From Dehalococcoidia bacterium (lineage in GTDB: Bacteria; Chloroflexota; Dehalococcoidia; Bin125), in NCBI GenBank assembly GCA_965263065.1, contig CBDHGH010000003.1:1727153-1791152 (forward strand): a stretch of 64,000 bases of DNA, read 5' to 3'. Positions 51,858 through 61,772 of the stretch are shown here, one piece after another. Numbering within the stretch: the first letter of the stretch is position 1; the number at the start of each line of letters is the position of its first letter. Both the position numbers and the translations under genes were made by a program. The notes beneath the pieces are model-generated. The model worked only from the letters and a program-made list of their open reading frames with translations, had not been told where the DNA came from and made no database searches.

Positions 51858-52412
51858 GTGAACTTCAGCTCGCTCAAGGGCCGCCTGCTCGTCGCCACCA
51901 GCGACATGGTCGACCCCAACTTCTTTCGCACCGTCGTGCTGCTGCTCGAGCACGGATCGCAGGGCAGCCTGGGCCTCGTGCTCAACCGGCCCACGGCGAT
52001 GCCCCTGCGCGCGCCGCTGCCGCGCTGGAGCGCGCTCGCCTCGACGCCGGCCGAGTTCTTCCGCGGCGGCCCGGTCGACCCCTCGGCCGTGATCGGCCTG
52101 GTCCGCGCCCAGGGCCTGCCCGACGAGCGCTGGTCGCCCCTGCTCGACGATGTCGGCGTCGTCGACCTGCGCAGCGACCCGGCGGAGCCGGCCGGCGCGA
52201 TCCTGGATCTGCGCATCTTCCGCGGCTACGCCGGCTGGGCCGCCACCCAGCTCGAGGGCGAACTCAGCGCCGGCGGCTGGTTCGTCACCGAGCCCGGCCT
52301 CACCGATCCCTTCACGCGCGCGCCCGATGCGCTCTGGCATCGCGCCATACGCCGCCGGCCGCACGGCCCCAATTGGATCGCCATGCACCGCGCGCCGCGG
52401 CCGTCGAACTGA
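51858..52412 (+). CDS. YqgE/AlgH family protein
   Basis: GRLLVATSDMVDPNFFRTVVLLLEHGSQGSLGLVLNRP. Confidence 0.8.
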   Translation: MNFSSLKGRLLVATSDMVDPNFFRTVVLLLEHGSQGSLGLVLNRPTAMPLRAPLPRWSALASTPAEFFRGGPVDPSAVIGLVRAQGLPDERWSPLLDDVGVVDLRSDPAEPAGAILDLRIFRGYAGWAATQLEGELSAGGWFVTEPGLTDPFTRAPDALWHRAIRRRPHGPNWIAMHRAPRPSN

Positions 52413-52582
52413 TCCCGCTCAACCGACCCTGCGCCGCCGCTCCTCACGCCCCGCGCTCTGTTGCCGAGGTGATGTATTCTCAGGTGGCCAGTTGACATCC
52501 GCGCCGCGATCCGTGATCCTCCCGGTCAGCCGCCATGAGGCCTCCGGAGGGGGCAGTCGGCGGAGCAGCGAAAGGGATTGCC

Positions 52583-54814
52583 ATGAGCGACCGCAACTAT
52601 TGGACCAGCCTGCGACACCGCAAGATCAGCCGCCGCACCATGTTGGGAGCCAGCGCGAAGGCGGGCGTTGGCGCTGCCGGGCTGGCCTTGGTCGGCTGCG
52701 GAAGCGGCGACGACGACGATGACGCCGCCCCGGCCGTCGTCGACACCTCGGCCGCGGAAGCGGCCGGGGGTGAGGCCGCCGCCGCCGCCCAGGAGGCGTC
52801 GGCCGCCGCGGACGCCGCGGACGCGGCCGCCGCGGCCGTCGAGGCCGCCGCCGCCGCCGCCGCCGCCGCGGAATCCGACGATGTCGCCCAGGCCGTCGCC
52901 GCCGCCGAGGCCGCCGCCGCCGCGGCCTCCGCGGCCGCCGACGCGGCCGAAGCCGCCGGGGTGGAGGGCGCTGCCGCGGTGGCGCAGATCGCGGCTGAAG
53001 CCGCCGAGGCCGCCGCCGCCGCCGCGCGGGCGGCGGGATCGGGGGACACCGCGGCCACCCAGGCCGCCGTCGCCGCCGCCGCCGAGGCCGCCGACGCCGC
53101 GCAGGCCGCCGCCGCGGCTGCGGCCGCCGTCGTCGAGGAGGTCAGCAACGTCGCCGCCGCCTTGACCGCGGAGGCCGAGTTCGTGGACTGGAGCGTGCCC
53201 TGGCCGATCGACGAGATCGACCTGGACGCCACGATCACCCTCGCCGTCCCCGTCGACTCGGGGGGCCTGGATCAGCACAAGGTCGGCAGTGATGCGAACT
53301 ACATGTCGCACGGCGCCGTTCTCGACGGCCTCGTGGAGATCTCGCCCGAGACGAAGGATCTGATCCCGCATCTCGCCACACTGGAGTGGGCCGACGAGGG
53401 CGCCACGTGCATCGGCACCGTCAACGGGGCGATGTTCCACGACGGCTCCCCGGTCACCGCCCACGACTTCGCCTTCACCTACGACCGCATGGGCGGCGTC
53501 GCGGCGTACCACGACGGCGGCGAGACGAGCGACCACCCGGCCGGCTGGCAACCCGCCCGGGCGAGCTGGGGGGCCTCCTACTGGCTTCGCAACGAGGCGA
53601 TCGACGACAGCACCTGGGTGGTCGAGCTGCCGGAGTTCGACGCGGGCCTCTGGGGCACCGTCGGCATCTCCGGCAACGTGATGGTCATGTCCAAGGCGGA
53701 CATCGAGCGGCGCGGCGACCTCGCGGTGGATAACCACCCGATGGGCACGGGACCCTTCCGCTTCGTCAGCCACACCGACGAAGAGGACTTCGTCTTCGAG
53801 CGCTTCGAGGACCACTTCAATCCGGTCGACCACCCCATCCGCGTGCCGCACTACGCCCACCACAAGACGCTGATCGGCTTGGTGCGCCCCGAGTTGCAGT
53901 CGCGCATCGCCGGCATCGAGGCGGGCGAGATCGACGGGGCCGCGGAGTTGGGGGTCAACGCGGTCGCGCAGTTCATCGACGACCCCGACTTCACGGTCCA
54001 GTTCGTCCCCGGGCCGGGGTGGACGATTCACAACATCTTCCCCAACCTCTGGAAGGAGACGCGGGAAGACGGCACGCCCAACCCGTGGATGGACGAGCGC
54101 GTCCGCATCGCCGCGAACCTTTCCATTAACCGCGCGGCCATCGCCGAAGGCCTGCTGCTCGGCACGCCGCCCATCGAGCCCATGTGGGGGTACCGCGGCG
54201 TCGTTGGGTACCCCAGCGAGGCGGACGCGCGGGCGGCGGACTGGGGCTTCAATGCCGATCGGGCGCGGGCGCTGCTGGCGGAGGCCGGCTATCCGGACGG
54301 CTTCGACGAGACGCTGTACTACACGCCCGACTGGGGCGGCGACCTCCAGGAAGACTTGGTGCTGACCACGGCGCAGATGCTGACCGAGGTCGGCATCCGG
54401 ATCACCCTCGTCTCGCTCCCCGCAACCGAGTACTTCACCGATGCATACTCCCGCGGCGGTCCGTCGGGCACCGCTCCCGTGGCGCTCTATTGGTTCTGGG
54501 CGAACTACATGGCGGACCCCAGCGTGATGTGGACCTGCTGCACCAACTTCGAGGGCTTCTTCACCATGGCGATCCATGGCGACCCGGTCCTCGACGAGAT
54601 CTACGCGCAGGTCAAGGTCGAGCGCGATCCCGAGCATCGCAACGAGCTCACCTCGGAGTTGTTCCTCCGGCACAAGCGGGGCGCCTGGTTCATCAACGTC
54701 ATCGAGCCGCCGGACGGGGTGCTCACCCGCAGCGACATCAACTGGCCGGTGGGTGGACCCTTCGGCTCGCTCGGCTTCCTCAACACGTACTCCATGCAGA
54801 AGCGCCGGGCCTAG
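52583..54814 (+). CDS. family-5 (peptide/opine/nickel-type) ABC substrate-binding lipoprotein with Tat-like signal and a long Ala-rich linker
   Basis: SRRTMLGASAKAGVGAAGLALVGC-GSG, then an Ala/Glu-rich run of about 150 aa, then an SBP_bac_5-like body. Confidence 0.75.
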   Translation: MSDRNYWTSLRHRKISRRTMLGASAKAGVGAAGLALVGCGSGDDDDDAAPAVVDTSAAEAAGGEAAAAAQEASAAADAADAAAAAVEAAAAAAAAAESDDVAQAVAAAEAAAAAASAAADAAEAAGVEGAAAVAQIAAEAAEAAAAAARAAGSGDTAATQAAVAAAAEAADAAQAAAAAAAAVVEEVSNVAAALTAEAEFVDWSVPWPIDEIDLDATITLAVPVDSGGLDQHKVGSDANYMSHGAVLDGLVEISPETKDLIPHLATLEWADEGATCIGTVNGAMFHDGSPVTAHDFAFTYDRMGGVAAYHDGGETSDHPAGWQPARASWGASYWLRNEAIDDSTWVVELPEFDAGLWGTVGISGNVMVMSKADIERRGDLAVDNHPMGTGPFRFVSHTDEEDFVFERFEDHFNPVDHPIRVPHYAHHKTLIGLVRPELQSRIAGIEAGEIDGAAELGVNAVAQFIDDPDFTVQFVPGPGWTIHNIFPNLWKETREDGTPNPWMDERVRIAANLSINRAAIAEGLLLGTPPIEPMWGYRGVVGYPSEADARAADWGFNADRARALLAEAGYPDGFDETLYYTPDWGGDLQEDLVLTTAQMLTEVGIRITLVSLPATEYFTDAYSRGGPSGTAPVALYWFWANYMADPSVMWTCCTNFEGFFTMAIHGDPVLDEIYAQVKVERDPEHRNELTSELFLRHKRGAWFINVIEPPDGVLTRSDINWPVGGPFGSLGFLNTYSMQKRRA

Positions 54815-54915
54815 GGCCCGGCCTCGAGGGTGGAGCGACCGGTCCCGGTGGCCGCCATGCCCATGGCGGTCGCCGGGGGCGCTGCGAGCCCACGTAGCGG
54901 AGAGAGGATCGGATC

Positions 54916-55830
54916 ATGGACATCACCGCCCTGCAGGCATCGCCGAACGCCGACGCCGCCGTCGGCGAGATCGCCCGCTACGGCCTGGAGCGCAACGTCG
55001 TCGAACTGGCCGCCTACGGGTTCACCGTCATCCCGCCCGAGAAGACCGCCGCCGCGCCGGACTTCGTGGAGCGCCTGCGCGAGGCCATCCTGCGCACGCA
55101 CGGCGCCCGCAACGACGACCCGATCGACGACTACCGCACCTCGGATCTCAAGGCAGGCCAACAGAACAGCTGGTGGCTGCTGGAGGAGGACGAGGTGTTC
55201 GTCGAAGCCACCCTCAACCCGGTGGCCCTGGCGATGGCCCGCTGGATGTGTGGCCAGAGCGCGATCCTGTCCGGCGCCTCGTGGATCCTCAAGGGCGCCA
55301 ACAAGGCCGTCTCGCTCGGCGGGTACGACCAGACCGACCCCCTTCCGCTGCACAACGACACCCACGCCGCGCCGCCGCCCCTGTCCCAGTATGCCCACTT
55401 CTGCAACACCTCCTGGGTGCTGAGCGACTACAGCAAGGAAGAGCACGGTCCCACGGTCTACGTGCCGGGCAGCCACCTCTTCGGCCGCTCCCCCTTCGCC
55501 CACGAGCAGCAGTTCACGCAGGAGGGCTGCCCCTACCCCGTCGTGCCGCTGAGCGCGCGCGAGGGCTCCCTGGCCGTCTGGCACGGCGCGACTTGGCACG
55601 GCGCGCTGCCCCGCAGCACGCCCGGCCTGCGCGTCACGCTGGTGCTCGCCTGGATGCGCGCCTACATGCAGCCGATCCAGGATTGGCGCGAGATCGACCC
55701 CGAACTCATCGACCGCCATCCCGAGTTGACGCGCCTCTTGGGTCTGGAGCACCTCTACCCGTTCAAGTACGGCGATGAGGCGGGGCGCCTCGAGCCGCTG
55801 CTGGAAGCCGGCCGCGACCAGTTCGCCTAG
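54916..55830 (+). CDS. PhyH-family Fe(II)/2-oxoglutarate dioxygenase, copy 1
   Basis: LHNDTH and WHGATWHGA motifs. 304 aa. Confidence 0.65.
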   Translation: MDITALQASPNADAAVGEIARYGLERNVVELAAYGFTVIPPEKTAAAPDFVERLREAILRTHGARNDDPIDDYRTSDLKAGQQNSWWLLEEDEVFVEATLNPVALAMARWMCGQSAILSGASWILKGANKAVSLGGYDQTDPLPLHNDTHAAPPPLSQYAHFCNTSWVLSDYSKEEHGPTVYVPGSHLFGRSPFAHEQQFTQEGCPYPVVPLSAREGSLAVWHGATWHGALPRSTPGLRVTLVLAWMRAYMQPIQDWREIDPELIDRHPELTRLLGLEHLYPFKYGDEAGRLEPLLEAGRDQFA

Positions 55831-55888
55831 ACTCTCCGGAGGACGCCACGCGCGTGGCGACCGCCAGCCTCGAAAGGAAGACCCGACC

Positions 55889-56800
55889 ATGGATATCACC
55901 GCCCTGCAAAGCTCCCCCGCCGCCGACCTCGCCGTCGGCGCCATCCGCGAGTACGGCCTCGAACGCAACATCGTCGAGCTCGCCGCCTACGGCTTCACGG
56001 TCATCCCGCCCGAGAAGACCGCCGCCGCGCCGGACTTCGTGCCGCGCCTGCGCGACGCCATCCTGCGCACGCACGGCGCGCGCAACGACGACCCGATCGA
56101 CGACTACCGCACCGCCGAACTCAAAGCCGGGTTCAAGAACAACTGGTGGCTGCTGGAGGAGGACGAGGTGTTCGTCGAGGCCGCGCTTAACCCGGTCGCC
56201 CTGGCGATGGCGCGCTGGATGTGCGGCCAGAGCGCGATCCTGGCCGGCGCCGCCTGGATCCTCAAGGGGGCCGACAGGGGAGCCGGGCGCCCGGGCTTCG
56301 ACTCGGGCTTCCTCCGCCTCCACAACGACAACCACGGCGTGCCGCCGCCCATGTCGCAGTACGCGCACTGGTGCAACACGTCCTGGGTGCTGAGCGACTA
56401 CAGCAACGTGGAGGACGGCCCCACGGTGTACGTGCCGGGCAGCCACCTCTTCGGCCGCTCCCCCTTCGCCCACGAGCAGGACTTCACGCAGGAGAGCGCC
56501 CCCTACCGCGCCGTGCCGCTGAGCGCCGCCGAGGGCTCCCTGGCCGTCTGGCACGGCGCGACCTGGCACGGCGCGCACCCCCGCAGCACGCCCGGCCTGC
56601 GCGTCACCCTGGTGATGACCTGGATGCGCTCCTACATCAAGGGCATCCAAGAGTGGCGGGAACTCGACCCCGAGATCATCGACCGCCACCCCGAACTCAC
56701 CCGCATCTTGGGCCTCGAGCACCTCTACCCGTTCAAGTACGGCGACGAGGCGGGCCGCGTCGAACCGCTCATGGAGGCCGGCCGCGACCAGTTCGCCTAG
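55889..56800 (+). CDS. PhyH-family dioxygenase, copy 2 (tandem paralog)
   Basis: LHNDNH and WHGATWHGA motifs. About 85% aa identity to copy 1 by eye. Confidence 0.65.
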   Translation: MDITALQSSPAADLAVGAIREYGLERNIVELAAYGFTVIPPEKTAAAPDFVPRLRDAILRTHGARNDDPIDDYRTAELKAGFKNNWWLLEEDEVFVEAALNPVALAMARWMCGQSAILAGAAWILKGADRGAGRPGFDSGFLRLHNDNHGVPPPMSQYAHWCNTSWVLSDYSNVEDGPTVYVPGSHLFGRSPFAHEQDFTQESAPYRAVPLSAAEGSLAVWHGATWHGAHPRSTPGLRVTLVMTWMRSYIKGIQEWRELDPEIIDRHPELTRILGLEHLYPFKYGDEAGRVEPLMEAGRDQFA

Positions 56801-56929
56801 GCAGCGTAGGCTCCGCGCGCGCCCCTGTAATATGCGGGCGCCGGGATCGGACCCGGCGAGAGGCCGCGCGCGCCGGCGCCGGGGGAACGCCCCCACCGCT
56901 GCACCGGAGAGCGAGCCGCAAGGGATCTG

Positions 56930-57871
56930 ATGCAGTTCTGGCACTACCTCGCGATCCGGCTGGTCCAGGCCTTCATCGTCGTCATGTTCGTCGTGACGAT
57001 CGTGTTCTTCGTCTCGCGCACCATCGGCAACCCGGAAGTGTTCCTCGTGCCGACGATGAGCGCGAGCCAGGAAGACATCGACCGCATCCGTGAGCACCTG
57101 GGCCTGGACAAGCCGCTGATCGTCCAGTACGGCGCCTTCCTGCTCGACATGGCGCAGGGGGATCTGGGGATCTCGTTCCGGGGCGGCGGCGGCAAACAGG
57201 CGCTCACGCTGATCGGAGAGCGGGCGATCAACACGGTCAAGCTGGGCGTGGCGGGCCTGGTGTTCGCGATCGTGCTGGCCGTGCCCATGGGGATCCTCGC
57301 GGCGCTGCGACGCGGCACGGCCATCGACTGGGTCACGCGCTTCCTCGCGGTGATCGGCCAGGCCACGCCGGGCTTCTGGCTGGGTCTGATGATGATCTTC
57401 TTCTTCGCGGTGGAGCTGGGCTGGCTGCCCACCGGCGGCTCGAAGGAGGGCTTCAAATCGTTGATCATGCCGGCGATCGCGCTGGGGCTGTTCGAGTTGG
57501 TCGCCATCATGCGGCTGACCCGGTCGGGGATGATCGATGTGATGGACACCGACTTCATTCGTACGGCGCGGGCCAAGGGGCTGGACGAACGGGTGGTGGT
57601 CTTCCGGCATGCGATCCGCCACGCGCTGCTGCCGGTCATCACGATGCTGGGTCTCTCGCTGGGCCGCCTGATCGGCGGGTCGGTGATCATCGAGATGGTG
57701 TTCGCCTGGCCGGGGGTCGGCCGGCTGCTCGTCACCGCGATCTTGGAGGATGACTTCCCGGTGGTGCAGGCGGGGATCATCGTCTTCGCGATCTCGATCG
57801 CGGTGGCGAACCTGTTCGTGGACGTGACCTACCGGATGATCGATCCGCGCATCCGAGCGGGGGCCGCCTGA
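56930..57871 (+). CDS. ABC transporter permease (DppB/OppB-like)
   Basis: 313 aa. BPD_transp_1-like with FIRTARAKGL. Confidence 0.85.
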   Translation: MQFWHYLAIRLVQAFIVVMFVVTIVFFVSRTIGNPEVFLVPTMSASQEDIDRIREHLGLDKPLIVQYGAFLLDMAQGDLGISFRGGGGKQALTLIGERAINTVKLGVAGLVFAIVLAVPMGILAALRRGTAIDWVTRFLAVIGQATPGFWLGLMMIFFFAVELGWLPTGGSKEGFKSLIMPAIALGLFELVAIMRLTRSGMIDVMDTDFIRTARAKGLDERVVVFRHAIRHALLPVITMLGLSLGRLIGGSVIIEMVFAWPGVGRLLVTAILEDDFPVVQAGIIVFAISIAVANLFVDVTYRMIDPRIRAGAA

Positions 57872-58767
57872 TGGCCCGGGACACGGCCGCTCCGGCCCCC
57901 GTTCTCCAGGTCGAGCGCCGACGCGGGGGCATCCGCTGGCGACGCTGGCTGGGGCTCTCGCTGCCCATCCTGATCGTGCTGGTGCTGCTCGTCTGCGGCG
58001 CCGGGGCGGACCTGCTGGCGCCGTACGACCCGGAGCACATCGACGTCCTGAACCGCCTGCAGCCGCCCGTCTTCGACGGGGGCACCTGGGACTACCCGCT
58101 GGGCACGGACGACCTGGGCCGGGACATGTACAGCCGGCTGGTGCACGGGGCGCGCATCTCCGTGATCGTCGTGGGCATCGTGGTGCCGGGCGCGGCGCTG
58201 ATCGGGACGCTGCTGGGGCTGGTCGCGGGCTGGGTGGGTGGCCTCCTCGGCCAGCTGCTGATGCGGCTGGTCGACGTGCAGCTGGCGCTGCCGGCGATCC
58301 TCTTCGCGGTGCTGCTGGCGGCCCTGGTGGGAGCCAGCCTGCGCAACGTGATCATCATCCTGCTGATCTGGACCTGGCCCTCGTATGCCCGGCTGGTGCG
58401 GGCCGACGTGCTCTCGCTGAAGGAGCGCGACTTCGTGACGGCGTCCCTGGCGACGGGCGGGACGGGCTGGTGGATCATGCGCAAGCACCTGTTCCCGAAC
58501 GTGCTGAACACCGTCGTGATCATCATGACGCTGGAGGTCGCGCTGGTGATCCTGGCCGAGGCCGCCCTGAGCTTCCTGACCGTCGGCGTGCCGCCGGGCA
58601 CGGCGTCGTGGGGGCGGATGATCACGGAGGGCCTCGACACGATGGGCATCGCCTGGTGGACGATCTGGCTGCCGGGGCTGGCGCTGCTCACGGTTTCGCT
58701 GACCGGGAACCTGATGGGCGACTGGCTGCGCGACGAAGTGGACCCGCGCCTGCGCCACCTGCGCTAG
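57871..58767 (+). CDS. ABC transporter permease (DppC/OppC-like)
   Basis: 298 aa. PLGTDDLGRDMYSRLVHGARIS N-terminal motif. Confidence 0.85.
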   Translation: MARDTAAPAPVLQVERRRGGIRWRRWLGLSLPILIVLVLLVCGAGADLLAPYDPEHIDVLNRLQPPVFDGGTWDYPLGTDDLGRDMYSRLVHGARISVIVVGIVVPGAALIGTLLGLVAGWVGGLLGQLLMRLVDVQLALPAILFAVLLAALVGASLRNVIIILLIWTWPSYARLVRADVLSLKERDFVTASLATGGTGWWIMRKHLFPNVLNTVVIIMTLEVALVILAEAALSFLTVGVPPGTASWGRMITEGLDTMGIAWWTIWLPGLALLTVSLTGNLMGDWLRDEVDPRLRHLR

Positions 58768-59957
58768 TCGGAGGCCCCCGCGATCGCGGTGGCGTGGGGT
58801 CGCGTCCACCCCCGCGTTCGACCGCCCAGCAGCGCCACCGCTCCCACGAGCAGTAGGATCGCCGACACCCAGAACACCGTCTCCACGTTGAGCGCCGACG
58901 CCACGAAGCCCAGCCCCACCCCCGCGATCAACTGGCCCAGATCCCACGCCACCTGGAAGATCGCCGTCGCGCCGCCGCGCTGTCCGGCCCCCACCCGGTC
59001 GATCGAGAGCGCCAGCATCGTCGTGTGGACCGCCGCGAAGCCCAGGCCCGCGACCGCCCCGGACAGCAGCATCTCGGTGCTGTTCTGCGCCTGCGTCAGG
59101 ATCAGCATCCCGGCGGCCGCCACGATCAGCCCCAGCAGCGCGATGCGCACCCGCCCCACGCGGTCCGAGATGCGTCCCGCCGTGGGCCGCGCCAGCACCG
59201 TCGTCACGCCCATCACCAGGAAAAACAGCCCCACGTTGCCCAGGTCGCGCTCCTTGCCCAGCAGCGGCAGGAACGTCGCCGCCGCCGACCAGGCGAAGGT
59301 GAACGTCAGGAAGATGCCCATCGGAAACAGCGCCCCGCGCGGGAACAGCGTCGGCCGCGGGCCCGTCCCGGCCGGCGCCCCGCGCGGCTCCTTCACCCCC
59401 ACCGTGAAGACCAGCGTCGCCAGCGACGTCACCGCCGACACGATGAACACCGCATCGAAGCCCCAGCTATCGGCGATCACCACCCCCAGCGCCGGCATCG
59501 TGATCTGCGCCCCCGAGGCCGCCATCCCGAAGAAGCCCAGCCCCTCGCCGCGGCGCGAGGGCGGGATCAACTCCGCCGCCAGCGACGTCGCCGACGTCGG
59601 CCACAGCGCCATCCCAATCCCCTGCACCAGGCGCAGCGCCAGCAGCGACCACACGTCCTGCGAGAACACCATCAGGAACAGCGCCAGCGCGAAGACCACC
59701 GTGCCCAGCCGCATCAAGCGCAGGCGCTTGCCCTCGTCGCACCAGCGCCCCACGTGCGGCCGGATCAGCAGCGGCAGCAGCCCGAAGCCCCCCACCACCA
59801 GCCCCACCTGCCACTCCGCGCCGCCGATCTCGTCGACGTAGTCGGGCAGCACCGACAGCAGGTACATGAAGCTCGCGAAGAAGCTGAACGTCCCCACCGT
59901 CGTGAGGATGTAGTCGCGCGTCCACAGCGGCGGGCGGTCGGGCGTCGATGGGGTCAC
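58764..59957 (-). CDS. MFS transporter
   Basis: 397 aa with about 12 TM segments. GRWCDEGKRLR-type loop 2-3 motif. Confidence 0.8.
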   Translation of the reverse strand: MTPSTPDRPPLWTRDYILTTVGTFSFFASFMYLLSVLPDYVDEIGGAEWQVGLVVGGFGLLPLLIRPHVGRWCDEGKRLRLMRLGTVVFALALFLMVFSQDVWSLLALRLVQGIGMALWPTSATSLAAELIPPSRRGEGLGFFGMAASGAQITMPALGVVIADSWGFDAVFIVSAVTSLATLVFTVGVKEPRGAPAGTGPRPTLFPRGALFPMGIFLTFTFAWSAAATFLPLLGKERDLGNVGLFFLVMGVTTVLARPTAGRISDRVGRVRIALLGLIVAAAGMLILTQAQNSTEMLLSGAVAGLGFAAVHTTMLALSIDRVGAGQRGGATAIFQVAWDLGQLIAGVGLGFVASALNVETVFWVSAILLLVGAVALLGGRTRGWTRPHATAIAGASD

Positions 59958-60252
59958 CGCCGCAGTATCGCCGATCGGCCGTGGATGGGCCTCTCGCCCG
60001 CGATCCCCGCGCGTTCCCTACCCGGCCCTATCGTTCAGGATGAATGCGACGGCGTGTGGGTGTAGCCTGCGCCGCGAAGTGCGGCGAGCACCGCTGGATG
60101 ATGGCGACCTTTGCCTCCAGGAGCAGCAGGCGGGTCTGCGCTCCACCCACGAAGGCGACCAGCAGATCGGTGTCTTCTTGCTTGCCCGCGATGCAGGTGA
60201 TCGGATACGTTGCGAACCAGAACAGATGTGCGTCCGAGGTTGGAGTTTCGGC

Positions 60253-60951
60253 ATGGCTATGGCGCGCGACGTGCCTATCGAATCACGCCCCGGAGACTCA
60301 GGCTTCTACGGCCCGGTAGAAGCCTGCCGCCTCACTCGGGTGCCACTGTCGACCCTGCGGTATTGGGTGAAGGCGGGCATCATCACCCCTTCCCGCCGAC
60401 TCGTGGGTGCGCAGACACGGGTGTGCCGTGACGGCTACTCGCTTGCGGACCTCGGGTATATCCGCCTTCTCCATCAGCTCCGCACCCGGGGTGTTCCCAC
60501 GGAGGACGCGGTGCGATTCCTGAACGCGATGCTTGACATGATTGGGCCGCCAGGCCCCTCGTGGGCTGAAGTTCGTGTATGGGTCGACGGGAAGCGCGTC
60601 TATCTCTTTGAAGCGGGTGAATGGGCAACGATGGAGGCGCAGAGGCTCACCCGCCGCGGCGCGGGGCTCCAGCGAGTAGCAGACACGTTCTTTGGCGACG
60701 CCTTCATCGGGCTCCAGGGAAGCGCAGACTCCATCTTGGTGCCGCCGGAACTCCTTGAGCATATCGAGATCAATGCTGAGGTCATTGACGGTGAACCCGT
60801 TATCCGAGGCACGCGGATTCCGACGAGAACCATCCAGAAACTTGCAAGCGCCCGCTCTACATCCGAGATCTTGGAGATGTACCCTTTCCTCACGTGTGAC
60901 CAGATCAAGTCCGCACTGGAGTACGAGCAATACCTAGATCGCGCCGCCTGA
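60253..60951 (+). CDS. MerR/excisionase-type HTH plus DUF433 protein (antitoxin-like)
   Basis: ACRLTRVPLSTLRYWVKAGII HTH. C-terminal IDGEPVIRGTRIPTRTIQKL...EILEMYPFLTCDQIKSALEY is typical of DUF433. Confidence 0.6.
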   Translation: MAMARDVPIESRPGDSGFYGPVEACRLTRVPLSTLRYWVKAGIITPSRRLVGAQTRVCRDGYSLADLGYIRLLHQLRTRGVPTEDAVRFLNAMLDMIGPPGPSWAEVRVWVDGKRVYLFEAGEWATMEAQRLTRRGAGLQRVADTFFGDAFIGLQGSADSILVPPELLEHIEINAEVIDGEPVIRGTRIPTRTIQKLASARSTSEILEMYPFLTCDQIKSALEYEQYLDRAA

Positions 60952-61511
60952 GATTCGTTGGAGACGAGGCGCTGCCCGTCCCATGGATTGTGCCCCTGCG
61001 GCGCCTTGGCTTCGATCTGCTCGCGTTCCACGACGATCCGGAGCTGGCGGGCTTGCGCGATGATGTTGACATTCTGAAGTGGGCGCGTAGGCACCGGCGA
61101 GTATTCCTGAGTGTGGACCTGTTTCGCGGCGACACGGGGAAGCGGATGCAGGACGAGGTGTCGCGCCGCGGAGGTAGTGTCATCAAGGTTGGCGGGGGCC
61201 CGGAACAGCCGATGACTCGGTTTCTCGGTAAGGTTCTCATCCACCAAGAGCACTGGGAACCATTCCTATTGGATGGCCACGGCTGGGTCCACATTCAACG
61301 TGGTGACTCAGGGCGATGCTCGATGACTCGACCAAAGGACTTGGACCGCATGGCGTGGATCGAAACTGAGCAAGGCAGGCGCTACGTGTCGGTTCGAGAC
61401 GCTGCGCGAACAGGTCCGCCGAGGACACGCGGCAGGGGCAAGACATACGTCAAGGTGGCGGGCCAGTCTCTAGCGGAATGGTCCAAACGGGGCGACAGCG
61501 GTCGTGGGTAG
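60948..61511 (+). CDS. DUF5615-like (PIN-like) protein with a C-terminal extension
   Basis: Upstream of the ORF-track start the frame reads (L)RFVGDEALPVPWIVPLRRLGFDLLAFHDD, like the MRFL-DENLP N-termini of DUF5615. The putative CTG start overlaps the upstream stop (CTGA). Confidence 0.45.
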   Translation: MRFVGDEALPVPWIVPLRRLGFDLLAFHDDPELAGLRDDVDILKWARRHRRVFLSVDLFRGDTGKRMQDEVSRRGGSVIKVGGGPEQPMTRFLGKVLIHQEHWEPFLLDGHGWVHIQRGDSGRCSMTRPKDLDRMAWIETEQGRRYVSVRDAARTGPPRTRGRGKTYVKVAGQSLAEWSKRGDSGRG

Positions 61512-61772
61512 CAGCTGAGGACACCTGCATCTCGCTGGACCCGTTGTCGCGCGCCAGATTCTCCACGTCGTAGCTTGGCCAGGCGTACGGTGTCGACGGC
61601 CCGGAGGCCCATGCCCTCCGCGCCACCCGACCGCGATTCCGCCCCTCAATGAACACGATTGTGCGCACAAAAAAACACCCGCCCGGGGATCGGGCCGAAG
61701 CCACGATCCAGCGGACGGGGTGGAATTGACCCTCACTCTACCATCCTCATCCGCCGCCGGCAACCCGACCCC

